Of a DNA stretch of 64,000 nt, positions 1-13,958 are shown one piece after another. A program made the position numbers and the translations under genes. The DNA lies in contig OZ004610.1 of the NCBI GenBank assembly GCA_963924565.1, forward strand, positions 11,470,001-11,534,000, given 5' to 3'. The notes under the pieces were generated by a model. The model was not told where the DNA came from. It saw nothing but the letters and a program-made list of their open reading frames with translations, and made no database searches. This DNA is from Ascidiella aspersa (taxonomy: Eukaryota). Position 1 is the stretch's first letter. The number at the start of each line of letters is the position of its first letter.

Positions 1-46
1 GTTTAACGCCGGCGCCAAGTCGGACTGTGCTCACCCTCTCGCAAGC

Positions 47-695
47 CAGTGGTGCCAGATACCACCACTGTAGCGGATGAGAAAGCTCATCCACTACAGT
101 TTTTTATACTTGCTATTTTTCGGGCTACTTTCAAAATTAGTTTTGTTACAATTTATTAAAATCAGCTTCAAGTCATAAAATATCTATAAATATGAATATT
201 ATAGACATTAATTTGGTATACAGAAACGTAATGTGTTCACTTTTTGATCGAGCGGTGCATGCTTTCAGAAAATCAGTTGTAGAGCAAGTGATTTGTGCTT
301 TCGCAATTGAGTATTTTTTTAAATTACCGTTATTTTGATGGTATAAGTAAATTTGTCATTAAAAATCATAGATTTGTTACAAAGAATCTTCTTTTGTAAC
401 AAGTCTATTAATTAGTGTAGTAATATTCATTTAAATACATCATGAATTTAGCTTGATTCATTGACGACATTTTAATATTGACTGCTTTCATATTTGACTT
501 TTTTATTAAAAGTGTTCAGCTCTGTTGGACGCTATATGACTCTTTCCTGTTTGACCATTTTTTTGCTGCCTAAGATAATTACCCACCTGATTTATAGGTA
601 TATTTTATTATTTACAATAGAAACAGGCAAATGTCCATTTGGCTTTTTTTGGTATTATTTTGGCTTAAAGACCTTTTCATAGTCTGGCAACCCTG
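47..695. mobile_element. Probable partial hAT-type non-autonomous element
   Basis: Right end TCTGGCAACCCTG (683-695); similar inverted CAGTGGTGCCAGA at 47. No matching target-site duplication (TSD), so the true left end may lie outside the window. Confidence 0.35.
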
Positions 696-892
696 ACCTA
701 GAGTCTGTATGAACAGTATGATGTTTGTCTTTTTTCCAACGTAGCAAATCTTCTGTTAAGTGCATCGTACAAGAGGCTTAGGCTGAAGCATTACTATGCC
801 TGTTTTAAAATTTACAAATTACTACCTTTAATCCACCTACCCCAAAAATGTTTGTTGTTGTAGAAATGCTTACAGTCTCTATTACCCTAATT

Positions 893-1519
893 CAGGGATG
901 GCGAACCTTTTTATCGTGCGGGTCACAAACACCTTAATCCTGACAAAATGCACAAGTGGGTCATATATTTATTTATATGTTAATATTATGCGAAACTCGT
1001 TTTCAGTGTTATTGTCTGCGTTGGTAATTCAAGGTTTTTTGATGGTTTCCAAATTCGAGTCCCACAAATATTAATAAGCTAAATATAGTTAACAAATGCT
1101 GCAGCATTTTTTATGGGATTACAGGAGTTCAGTACACAGCTTTTCTGCATGGTTTATTGGTTTAACCAGGGTTTTTAGAACTTTTAGTCTGCGAACTATT
1201 AATATTCCTTAAAGGACCACCATCCTTTACGTTTTACAGCGATAAACAAAATGCTTTTAGTTGTCTGCTTTTCTGCACACATTTGTGGACGTGCAGTTAA
1301 TGTAGGCCTATACTCGTCAACCCTAAAACACTTTTGTTTGCACAACCCACAGATTTGCCAGCCCAGATTTAAACAGTATAGTGCTATCTAATGAAAAACT
1401 GTTTTTTACATTTATCCTTTCATAAAAATGATTGATAACATTTCAGCATTTCTAGAAAGACAAGTGGGTCATTAAAAATCGGACTTCGTGACCCGCGGGA
1501 CAGTGGTTCGCCATCCCTG
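893..1519. mobile_element. hAT (Buster/Charlie-like) MITE
   Basis: Perfect 15-bp terminal inverted repeat (TIR) CAGGGATGGCGAACC. Left flank CCCTAATT (885-892); right flank CCCTAGGT then CCCTAATT (1520-1535). Confidence 0.85.
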
Positions 1520-1591
1520 CCCTAGGTCCCTAATTATGTAACTTAAAAAAAAACTTGTATTGAATTTCAATGAAAAGTACTTAATGTAGAT

Positions 1592-1917
1592 CAGGGGTGT
1601 CCAACTCAAACATGCCAACGTGCCAATTTTTATCGTATAACTTCTTCCCGTGCCAAAGTTTAACTACTATTTTTTTTCTAATATTAAAAGCGCTTTTATA
1701 CAAAATATAAAAACAGTATAATGTTATAATATCAGAAGTAATTGTTTGTTGTCGTAATTGCTGGGATTGTTTTGTAATGTGAATAAACAATGACAATATG
1801 CTGTATGGCAAATTTAGCTTTTTTGACAATTGGCTGTATTTTTGGCGGGCTTGCATGCCATTTTTCATTAGGTCGCGTGGCACATTTGGGACGCGTGCCT
1901 TATTTTGGACACCCCTG
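1592..1917. mobile_element. hAT (Buster/Charlie-like) MITE
   Basis: Perfect 13-bp TIR CAGGGGTGTCCAA; perfect 8-bp TSD ATGTAGAT (1584-1591, 1918-1925). Confidence 0.92.
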
Positions 1918-2594
1918 ATGTAGATTAGAATTTGACACTGGGTTTCGGTTCACATTGAATCATTTTTAAATTGTGTTGAATATTTATTTTGTTTTTTAAT
2001 TGCAAATTGATTTGCTCAAGAAAATAATTCTTAAAAAAACCTGGAAAATTTGACAAATCTGTTGCACTGCCTAAAGAATCAGGGTGCCAGAGTGCACCCA
2101 AGGTCAAAAGTGCACCCCACTTGTGTAATAAATCGGAAAATCGGGATGCATTTTTTATATTCAATATTGGACATGTTGACACTTGAACCACATTTAAAGA
2201 AATTTAATTTAAAATTAACTTCTCTAAAACCATCCAATCTTAAAAATGTTTTGGTCACATTTAGACTCTCAGCTGCAGCCACACATTTCATGGAAAATCA
2301 CTGTAAAATGAGTGAAGCCACAATTGCTTACTGCAAAACTTATTTACCACCCCATAAACTTTAGAAACCTCTTTATTACAGCTGCACAAATGTTAGCAGT
2401 ATCTTTACCACAGCCTTTTTCCTATGGTTACTCACCTATATTTAAATTTTATTTACTAAATAACCATAATTGGAACATATCTACATTTGAAAAATTTTAG
2501 TGAAATAAACCCTTTTTAATGCAACAGTAATGTGTGCTTTTAACATGTTTTCATTTAACTTGGTTAGATCTAGATGCAAGCATTCTTGAAGTGA

Positions 2595-4130
<1,536 letters not shown>

Positions 4131-4504
4131 TAAACATTGCTCTGCCAACTGTGAAAAAGAATGACTGTTTGTCTTGTAAAAACAAAAACAATGAGGCCAG
4201 TTGGGTGCTCGTACAAACTGTATAAACCTATTTTTCATATTTTTAACACTGTTGTTATTTTGATTTACAACTAATTCAAGACTCTGTAAACTGGTCTAAA
4301 AATGTCTACACTTAGCCTAATTATTTCTTATTGATTACTTGTTTCAAATTTTATGTACTTATATTTTCAAAAAACACTGTTATAGGAAATAATTGGTATG
4401 TGACTGTATTTTTTGCTGTATCTTTGGTGCTCTATAGTTTTTCAGATTTGATGTGATTAGCAACATTACCATTAAACTTATCATTTTCCCTAGATGTCAT
4501 TGCA

Positions 4505-5623
4505 ATGTTAGCTGTAAGAAATCTAATCAAATGTGTAAAACCAATACAGTTGTATAGGGATTTGAGTGTTACAAGTCGGTGTTTTAACATGGATCTGACC
4601 AAGATTGTTTCAGTGCTAAATGAAATAGCACCAGTGAAGTATGCAGCAGACTGGGACAATGTAGGACTTCTACTGGAACCCTCCTCTCCATGTCAAGTGT
4701 CAAGAATAATGCTGACTAATGATCTTACAGAACCAGTACTTGAAGAATGCCTCAAAAAAGAGGTTGGCATGATTGTCTCCTACCATCCACCAATCTTCAA
4801 GTCCTATAAAAGGTTGTCTTTCTCTGATTGGAAAAGCAGGATTATTGTCAGAGCTTTAGAGAATCGCTTAGCTGTCTATTCACCACATACAGCGTGTGAC
4901 GCTGTACAAAATGGAGTAAATGACTGGCTGGCACAATGTCTTGGGGAACTGGAATTTATCAAACCTGTGGCTGCAACCGAGGCAAAACCTTTGACCACTA
5001 ATATTGTTAGTTTCAAACTTGATCTTTCTGACAAAACTGCAAAGAACTTTTTTGATTACTGTTCTCAGAATATATCAAATGTAAATGGAGATGCTTTGCC
5101 AGGTGGTTTATTTCAATGTAAATTTGAGTGCAATGATGACAATTTAAAACAAATATATTCCTATGGGGAAATGTTTTCTCAAAACCTAAAATCATGGCAA
5201 GTGACAAAACTGTCGCCAATTCAACTTCCTACGATTGGCATTGGTCGAATTTGTCGTTTACAATCTCCTGTTGCCATAATAGACTTGATTGATCAGATAA
5301 AAAATTATATTGGTATCCCCCATCTTAGACTAGCCCTTGGGAATCAACACATTCTTTCGTCAATGATTCAAACTGTAGCTCTCTGCGCTGGATCTGGTTC
5401 TTCTGTGTTAAAGGGTATTAAGGCTGATCTCTACCTGACTGGGGAAATGTCGCATCATGATGCATTGGATGCTGTCTCAAACAATGTTTCAGTCATACTT
5501 TGTGAGCACTCAAACACAGAGAGGGGCTATTTAAAAGTTTTAAAACAACAGCTGGTAGAAAAGTTATCTTGCGTTGAAATTTTAATATCAGAGATGGATA
5601 AGGACCCTTTAGTAGTTACGTAA
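4505..5623 (+). CDS. NIF3L1: NIF3-like protein 1 (DUF34/NIF3), intronless, 372 aa
   Basis: WDNVGLL, SYHPPIF, YSPHTACD, GVNDWL, VALCAGSG, LTGEMSHH, HSNTERGYL motifs. Second in-frame Met (MDL) at 4589. Confidence 0.95.
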   Translation: MLAVRNLIKCVKPIQLYRDLSVTSRCFNMDLTKIVSVLNEIAPVKYAADWDNVGLLLEPSSPCQVSRIMLTNDLTEPVLEECLKKEVGMIVSYHPPIFKSYKRLSFSDWKSRIIVRALENRLAVYSPHTACDAVQNGVNDWLAQCLGELEFIKPVAATEAKPLTTNIVSFKLDLSDKTAKNFFDYCSQNISNVNGDALPGGLFQCKFECNDDNLKQIYSYGEMFSQNLKSWQVTKLSPIQLPTIGIGRICRLQSPVAIIDLIDQIKNYIGIPHLRLALGNQHILSSMIQTVALCAGSGSSVLKGIKADLYLTGEMSHHDALDAVSNNVSVILCEHSNTERGYLKVLKQQLVEKLSCVEILISEMDKDPLVVT

Positions 5624-5757
5624 ATGATATTATCCAGTTTAAATTCTTTTTGTCGAACAACTGCTCTGTGTTAACCTACTAATCACAATACAAGCATTTT
5701 ATTGTGTCCTTTTGTGATCAAAGTGAGGCGATACAAACAGTAAAAAACAGCTTTATA

Positions 5758-7563
5758 TTATTCAACACTTGTTGCTAAATTAACTTTACCTGGGGTTATA
5801 ACTTTTTTATTTTTAAAGTGTTGAATTCTGTACAGGTGTAAGGTCATTGCATCTAGAGTTCTGTAAACGATATTGGAAGCATCAGAGCAACCACTGGTTG
5901 ACAACCAAGGAACATCAACAACACTTAAATGTGGAAAAAACTCAAAATATAATTCAGCATGATAGGTATTTTGCAAGCTAGTTAGGTCAGAGCATGGTAT
6001 GGCACCAGGGAGCACCAAGTACACAATAGGGTTTCCTGATGTTGCCAAAGAACTATTGAGATTGACCTCCAAATCTTTGTAGGAAGAAAAGGGCATGTGC
6101 AAAATTGACAGCTCTGCAATATTATCCATTTGCCAGTTCAATAGATGAAGTGGGGGTGTTGATGTATGATAAAAGTGAAAATGAAGTTCTGTGTGACCCT
6201 GGGTTGGAGAGGCATTTTTATGCACTGATGCAATGGAAGATATGTATTCTATACAGGGCAACATGCCACCATCAGCCAGCATGCCCTGTATTATAAAAGT
6301 ACCTAGGTTAAAGGAAACCCAGGCTGAGGCAAAAATACTCATTTGCCAAAGTTCAAGTTTAGCCATGAAAGGTGCAAAAATAAGAACTAAAAACACAATA
6401 ATGCACATTGTAATAAAAAATTTGTTAATATTAAAAATGAAGCTGTAGAAAATGATGGTAAGAAGAGAGGCACGTATCATTTTAAAGTTTAACATAGCAA
6501 AATACTCTTCAGTGTTGACTTTTTCTACAGTTACAAAAAATAAAGTCCCAAACAATCCAAGAAATAGAGTTTTATCAATTGCAGAAGCCGAAATAAAGTT
6601 CAGTTGATCATTGTTTTCATAAAAGGTCTTTCCAATTAAAGGTAACCAACGTTGCTGTTTTCCAAACCACTGTATCATGGAAGTGGCATCTTGGATGTTG
6701 TAAACTTCATTAAACAAATCAGGGTCAAAGTACAAGCAGCGACAAATCACTAAAACAGCAGTGGCAGAAAGTATACTTGGCACAATTTTAACTAATCGTG
6801 ATGGCACACCTTTAAAAAAGGTATCAGCGTCTGTGGTTTCACTAAATAGCCAATAAATAATTGGCATTACAAGGGCGGATAAAAAGTACCAATCAATGAA
6901 TGTTCCAAAAACAGCAAGAAAGGATATTGCAAAGATGTTAATCTTTTCAGTAGGCTTTGTAATAAGGTTAAGAATACACACCAAAATAAAAACATTAAAT
7001 ACAACAGGTACAGTTCTGGTACAATATATCCAGCTGGAATACGATGACGCAAAAACAATACTTGCAAGGTTGGCAGCAATTTGATTATTGTAAAGGTTCA
7101 TTGCAGTTCTGTATAAGTTTACATCCACGCTAAAACTAAGCAGTGTGACAACCAGCCTTGGAAAAAGCAGAAGGGTGTAGGGAGACACTACTCCTTGAAA
7201 GTATTGAGAAATAAAGCGCAAGAGCAGAAACGGAGTTCCAGCCACAGGTCCAGGGAAAAGCAATCCATGTGTATCTACATGTCTTCCCTGATTGGACAAG
7301 ATGCCGAAAACGTGAGCTAAAAAACAGCAAAGAAACTGTCATTTTTTGTATTAAAATTGTTTAATAGGGAATTATATCAAATGAATGCCAAGTTATTAGT
7401 CAAGTAACTATAAAAAAAATTGTACAACTAGCAACTCACTTGCCATACTTTCAGTAGATGCAAACTCATTTTCAGAAACTATACCAGTTTGAGGTAAAAT
7501 ACATAGCATCAGGCGCAAAGCAGCGAGATGAAGCCAGATTATTTTTAACCAAACAATGTCCAT
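5758..7563 (-). CDS. PIGZ/SMP3-like (GT22) membrane protein with degenerate conserved motifs, 560 aa
   Basis: Exons 7563-7440 (MDIVWLKIIWLHLAALRLMLCILPQTGIVSENEFASTESMA) and 7316-5758, joined by a phase-1 GT-AG intron. LPQTG, LLFP, Y-LLLFPRL, FASSY, TRT, HT-TPP-HL and FFPHLS segments recall PIGZ. Confidence 0.8.
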
Positions 7564-7598
7564 GGCACCTTAAACTGTATTTTTCTATTTATAGACAC

Positions 7599-8602
7599 AT
7601 GTATAAATTTATAAGCAACTCGACAAAATGTCAAATGAGAAAACAAGGTACAAGGTGAACTTTTATTTTGATTAGTTGGTATATTGTTAACACATTTCTT
7701 CACAGTAAACAGGAAGAGCAACCTGAAGTTATCTGTTATAAAAAAGAAAATCTCAATCTGTCTTACCAAGTTTTGTTTAACAAGCAAATGTCAGATGACA
7801 TTTTTTGTGAACTGGAAAAATGTGTGACATACTGCTCTGGCGATTTGGCTCGCCTTAAGGTAATTTATTCCCTAGAGTTGCGCAGAATACTTTTAAAGTA
7901 CCAATAACTTTTAAAGCGAGGTTTCTGTGGTGCTGGTCTAGAATCCTACCACGGCGTTAAAACAATTACTAAATCAACGCACAATATTAGGGTTTGGGTA
8001 CGGGTCAAGCATTATTATTTTAAAAATACTTGACTCACTCACATCCAAACGCTAACCCAAATAATGTACGTTGTGGTTGGATTCTAGACCAGTGCCGCCA
8101 CGGTTTTATGCAGATTTTTGGAAAGTGGACTGATATTCCACGGCAGCATGTTGCATATGGTGACGAAGGAATGGCATACAAATTCTCTGGCAATACAATC
8201 CCAGCAAAACCTTGGAATGCAATGCCGTGCCTAATTAAACTTAAACAAGCTGTTGAAAAGGCTGTCCCTGACATCAAATTCAATTTTGTTTTGATCAATC
8301 GTTACAGCGATGGAAGCAAGTATATGGGCGAACACCGAGATGATGAAGCAGAATTAGTTCAAGATGCGCCGATAGCATCGCTTTCTTTCGGTCAAGAGAG
8401 GGACTTTGTGTTTCGCCATAAAGACAACAGGGGCAAAAAACGGTCGAGGGATGATTTGTCCAAACTTACGGTTTCGCTGCAACACGGCAGTCTGCTGGTC
8501 ATGAAAGCACCAACAAATAAATTCTGGTACCACGCGCTTCCAAAAAGGTTAAAAGCTAAACGGCCCAGGATAAACCTAACATTTCGCGCAATGGCGCTAT
8601 AA
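7599..8602 (+). CDS. ALKBH2: DNA oxidative demethylase ALKBH2, 232 aa
   Basis: Exons 7599-7654, 7706-7859, 8114-8602 with consistent phases (2, 0). IFGKW, PRQHVAYGD, FNFVLINRY, HRDDE Fe motif, WYHALP, RINLTFR. Confidence 0.92.
7929..8096. mobile_element. Short inverted-repeat element, GGCGCTGGTCTAGAATCC family, in ALKBH2 intron 2
   Basis: Ends GGTGCTGGTCTAGAATCC and GGATTCTAGACCAGTGCC. Related copies at 45699 and 54931. Confidence 0.8.
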
Positions 8603-8784
8603 AAAAATTAAATTGCAATTTAAGCGTACAAATCAACTGCAAAAAGTTTTATTTTCGTGTGGAATTTAGTTAAACTTTGCGAATAAGTAACGCATGACCG
8701 ATGGAACCAGTGGACCAGAAGAAGTAAACATTGCGCGTAATTATTCTATGTTGTGTTACTCTTGCATGCAGGGATTGGTTAAAC

Positions 8785-9123
8785 CAGCGGTTCCCAAACT
8801 AGGGTCCGCGGACCAACTGGGGTCCGTAAAACAGTTTCATAGGGTCCGCAAGGAGAATTAGCCTTTAAGTTTTTAAACATTAGTCTATGTTTTAAACATT
8901 ATCTGTCATCATTATTGTCTTTAGTTATGCTTTATTATTCGATCATAGTGTGTTTTAAGATGTCTCTTGTGAAAAGAATTTTTACATTAGAAAGAATAGT
9001 GACTGCACTAGTGTACTATAAGAAACATGGGTCAACTGACCTATTTTTATAGGGCTGCAAAATATCAAAATAATTGCAAAGGGTCCACCAAGAAAAATGT
9101 TTAGAAAAGTTTGGGAACCGCTG
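8785..9123. mobile_element. hAT (Buster/Charlie-like) MITE
   Basis: Perfect 16-bp TIR CAGCGGTTCCCAAACT; perfect TSD GGTTAAAC (8777-8784, 9124-9131). Confidence 0.92.
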
Positions 9124-10809
9124 GGTTAAACCATGATCGAAATGTTTGATTTTTCCTGTTTAAGTCTAGGATTTAAAGTTTTGGTGCAAATTAATTTAAA
9201 AGTTTAACGTTTTAGGAGTAGGCCTAAACTGGGAAAACGGGTCTTGTAAAATGTTAAACCTGTACTGCCTTTAAGCTCTCTTATGACTACCCTCATATTC
9301 GAATTGTTCCTCCAATAACTAAATTGACTGCTTAGCTCCTTGCAAACCACATAAAAAGCGCACTTCGATATGATTAACAAAACTGACTTTTGTTGAAAGT
9401 GCCATTGGACGCTGGAGATTTTATAGGATAATTTTTTTTTTCAAAAAGATCTCAAACACAGCCTAATCGAGAAGCCAAATGATTGCGGCCCACCACTTAT
9501 TCTCAGTTTGAGTAGGCTCTATTTAAAACAATTAATTCGACCATCATCAAAACGTGTAGAACGCGCTGTATTTGATGTAGACCTCATCTTATATTTTTTC
9601 TGGGACTATAGTCGAGTCTAATGTCGCCTTTCAACATCCATCGAACCTTTAAGTGCACCCATCATTGCTAAGCTCGATAAGGCCGAGATTTACCTACTTG
9701 CATGCTTCCGCACGAGTTCACTCTTGAAGAGCGGGCGTTTATCAGTTAAGTTGTTTTATGACGTAACTTATGACGTCACCCCTTTAATTTAATAGGTTTT
9801 GCGGCCCATCAAAAATTTTAAAGTGGCAATTCGGCCTATTCTGCTAAACTGTTGGACATCCCTGTTTTGGATCTTTAAAATAGGCACAAACATATCATTT
9901 TGGTTCTTGTTTCCGAAAGCGGTACGGCGTACAGGTACCGGCAAAATTGTTGTACCGTAACGCAGACCTGGACCTTTCCGACTTACTTTCACCACTAGTC
10001 ATACTACCTGCTTTGATGTAAAAACTCGTAATGTTAATCAGTAGGACTACCAACCTGATAATAATACCTTCCTTTCACAACTTTGCTAACCTTTTTTGAC
10101 TTTAGGCTCTTCCCTTATGAACCGCCTCGAAGGAGTCCCAACCTTTTTGAATTAAGTGAGCAGTGCTTGTAGAATACAGGAATTTTACTGTATTGCAAGA
10201 AACTTGAGGGTATAAGCCAGCAGTTTCCTCAAAACAGACGGTAGACAATATGGCGGATGCAAGCTTAGCTGGTTGCATGCTTTTACAGGATTAGTATAAT
10301 ATAAAGTAACTGCTCATGATTCGAGCTTTTTTCGCGTTTGAATGTATCAAAGCGCTTGACACATAAGCAGCACGATAAAATTCAAGCTAGGTTATTACAT
10401 TTCTTATGAATTATTTTTAAGTTTTCGAGGTACGCCTACCACGTTGCGCTACTTCAAGCTTTTAGGTATTATCTTGAACTAAAAAAGACAAAACCACACA
10501 CTAGCATGAGTGATTACGTTAAACAAACCAATAGGCATATATAGCCTAATTTTTTTAGTTTCGTGCCGTGTATTGAAATATTTTTTTATGTTACTTTAAC
10601 ATAATATATACAACTAAAAGTAATGCGTAGCCTAAATCACGGGACAACATCGTTATACGCATTACAGTTAAACACAAAACTGATAAATACCCGATACAAA
10701 CAGGCAACTCAAGAGTATTACATCACTCTAAATAGCATAGAAATATAAAAGCATTTTCAATTAATAATGCGCCAACTGATGAAGTTGTTCTTTGGCGTCA
10801 GTTTTGCTT

Positions 10810-12286
10810 TTATGATTTGGCATTCCACGTCGAATATCCGCCATCTAAGTTTTGCGCCCTGTAAAATATTTAGAACTAAATTTGCATACACACAACGTAA
10901 AAGGGACAGATTAGCAACAAACGCATACAACAACTTTGACGACAGTTTTTATTGTTTGGTAACTCTCACTTTGTCAGCCCGGCAGAGTTGGCGACAAGAA
11001 CAGCCCGTGAACCTCGGGCGCCGCGCTGGCAGTGAAACACAACAGACGTGTCGCTGGTAGGTTTCGAGATGCCGTACTGGGTCTTGAATACATCATTCGA
11101 CAGTGCCAGGGCATTTTCTGTGTCAGAGAGGTCTGGCTTAGGATTCCAATTTAAACTCTACCCAGTAATCTCATTGTAAAAGCTTCCTAATCGCTAAAAC
11201 GTATTTTTTATGTTATCGCGTTATTTCTGACACTATAGTTTTATTGAGTAGGATCAATGATGTAGCCTACAAATGGTTTTCAAAAAAGGTCAAACGTAAC
11301 GTTTGTCATATTAAAATAACTATACATTTATACATGTGGCATAAACGTTAAAATCAATTGACTGGAATCTACCTAATTCCGGGAAAGGTATGTTTACGCT
11401 GGGATCTATAAATCCATTTTCGGCCCTCTCCGATGGGTTTCGCACGTCTATGATGACCTTTTCTCCTATCTGCTCCTTCAATTGACACGCGGTCAACTTC
11501 TGCGAATCCCTGTCACCACAGAGAACAATGTTTACTCAACACACAATCCAATTAACTTGATGTTAGTTGCCGGATAGGTTTGCCAGCTTCGAACGTTGGA
11601 CAATATTCGGGTTGAACCTTGTGTTAAGTTTTACAGCGGATGAGGGAAGAATTGGGAAATTCAGTTAATCAATCATTGGCATACACAAAAGCACCCTTTA
11701 ACGCGGAAGTGATTTAAAACTTTTTAACGCGGAAGTGACGCTAATTGATTCAGACAGCCCGGTTTCGTGCATTTGTAGCCACCGTAGGGCTACGAAACAC
11801 TTAAATTAAAGGTATTTCGCAAATCTTGAGCCGGACTTGCTGTTGTCACATCTTAAAATAAATCAGGGTTGTTTATAAAATATGTCCAGTAGGCAATAAT
11901 ACCGGATTAGAGCACAATTCCGATGTCAAGTGTAGCAAGCGTAATTGTCCGATACGAATTATATTCAATACGAATTAATTTGTACACTTTTTGGTCAAAA
12001 CACGTCTTAATACATTATAGAAACACATCGCGATCTGTGTGTCACAATTACAGGTAAGAACGTCAGTAGAATAGACAGGCTACTCGAGACTATAAACGGC
12101 AAGAAAATGATGTTAAGCAGATCGACAAACTGTTTAGAACCTCCTACTTGCTAAACTAAAACCTTGAATTGTTTCTTATCCAGAAGCTATAATTTTACAC
12201 ATAAGATATTGTTTTTAGGTTTACAAAATGCCACCAGTTGACAAAAACAAATGTACTTACTTCAAATCGGCAGGGGTGTGGGCCAT
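10810..12286 (-). CDS. Single-domain rhodanese/sulfurtransferase (TSTD1/3-like), paralog A, 119 aa
   Basis: Exons 12286-12261, 11509-11373, 11117-10970, 10858-10810 (phases 2,1,2). IIDVRNPSE, SVNIP, active loop VFHCQRGARG, NLDGGYSTW. Not in the ORF track. Confidence 0.88.
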
Positions 12287-13162
12287 TATACAAAAACTTG
12301 TAGTAAACCCGACAAAGTTGCAACGGAAGCGGCTTCTCTCTGTTTCAGTTTGGCTAACTGATGCACCACAGCAAATTGCCTTTTTACTGAGCAGTCGAAC
12401 CAGTCGACCGTGATAAAGCGCGCTTCCTGCGTCAGCTAAACTGGCTTGGTGCGTCTACCGTAAAACCGCGTAGCATAAAAATCTGCGACACGATGTCGAC
12501 AGCTAAGAAAACGGACTGGTCTAACTAATCCTTCCTGTCTTTTTTGCGTCAATCCACAAAAAGTTGAATTGTAGAGACATTGGCTTTTATATTTTATAAA
12601 GTATTTAACTATTTCAAAACTTAAAAGTTGTTGTAAACTTTGGCCTTTATAGTGTCGAGTTGCGATAATTTTTTTCAACGGCCCGTCAAAAAGCTGACCT
12701 CTTTTGTGTAATTTGCAAACTATGTTTTACGCCTGCGTAAACGCCAAAATGTTTCTCTCCTCGTGTGGTCTAGAAACAGACAAACAAGCATATCAGTAAG
12801 GAAGTTTTGTTAAATCATTACTAACGCAATATGGCATTTTCAGTATAATAGGTGTGCATTTAAGGTTTGGGTTAACCGTCCGACCGTCTGTAAGCTTTTT
12901 CCTATTTTCCCAATCGGGCATGTTAATGTAAATAACCTGTCTGCTCTAAATGACCGAAATATTTTAACTTTAACAGATTAAAACACAATATTAAAAAAAC
13001 GATTAACTTTTATTAACGAGTAACATAACAGAATTATCGCAACAGAACATTCAAGTATAATTGTTATGCGACATGTGTGTTTGTTTCAATTGACCATGTT
13101 AGGATTTTGAGTTAACAGAATAGTTCCAATCTGTCTAAGCACAGGCCGAAAAACTATCAACT

Positions 13163-13958
13163 TTATGACGGGTACGTCCGCTTCCACGTACTCTGTCCGC
13201 CTTCCAAGTTCTTCACTCTGCAACAACAAAAAACACGAAACAGAATCAGCTTCGTTCTACCAGCCGCGGAAAAATTACAGCCTTGAGCGAGAGACCACGT
13301 AGCTAATCATTTACAAACAAGGCGCGTACTTTTCGTAGCCGAGCTGGTTTGCCAGCACTACAGCTTTGGTTCCCCTTCCGCCCTTGCCGCAATGAAACAC
13401 GACTTCGGACCCGCTTTGTGACGGCTTCGTTGTACCGTACTTGGTTTCGAATGCGTCAGATTCAAGATTAAGAGCACTTTCTGCAAACACAACAAAGCAG
13501 TTGACGCCACTAGGTTTAAATACATTTTGCTGTTTATCGCTTGGTAAATTTTTTTTCCAGTATTCTTCTCAGAAAACTTTTCCAAACAATAATGTTTTAG
13601 GTATATTTTCGGCAACATCTTACCCAACTCGGGATAAGGGATGTTTAGCCATCGTTTAGCTGGTATCTTTCCGCTTCTTTCAACTTCGTCGGGATTGCGT
13701 ACGTCCACCACAAGCACGTCGTCCTTGTCCACCCTTTGCTTCATACCAACCATTGATTCCTGCTGATCTGGTCTGTAAAACATGCTCATATATATCGTCC
13801 TATAAGATGACATAACTTTGTATCTCAAACAGACGCATGCATAATTGCATAACAATAGCAACTTTGTTTGATATGTTTAGACTTATGCAGGTTACAATTG
13901 GTTTAGTAAACTACGTATTGAACACTTACCTTAGAGCAGTAAGTTCAGGTTGATGCAT
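13163..13958 (-). CDS. Single-domain rhodanese/sulfurtransferase (TSTD1/3-like), paralog B, 127 aa
   Basis: Exons 13958-13930, 13772-13624, 13480-13330, 13217-13163 (phases 2,1,2). VVDVRNPDE, GKIP, LNIP, active loop VFHCGKGGRG, NLEGGQSTW. Confidence 0.9.

Noticed and set aside
7270-7299. TTG start for the 513-aa ORF
   Set aside because: A spliced upstream exon with ATG at 7563 supplies the PIGZ-like N-terminus.
8030-8113. ORF-track N-terminus of the 190-aa ALKBH2 ORF
   Set aside because: Intronic and repeat-derived; homology starts after the acceptor at 8113.
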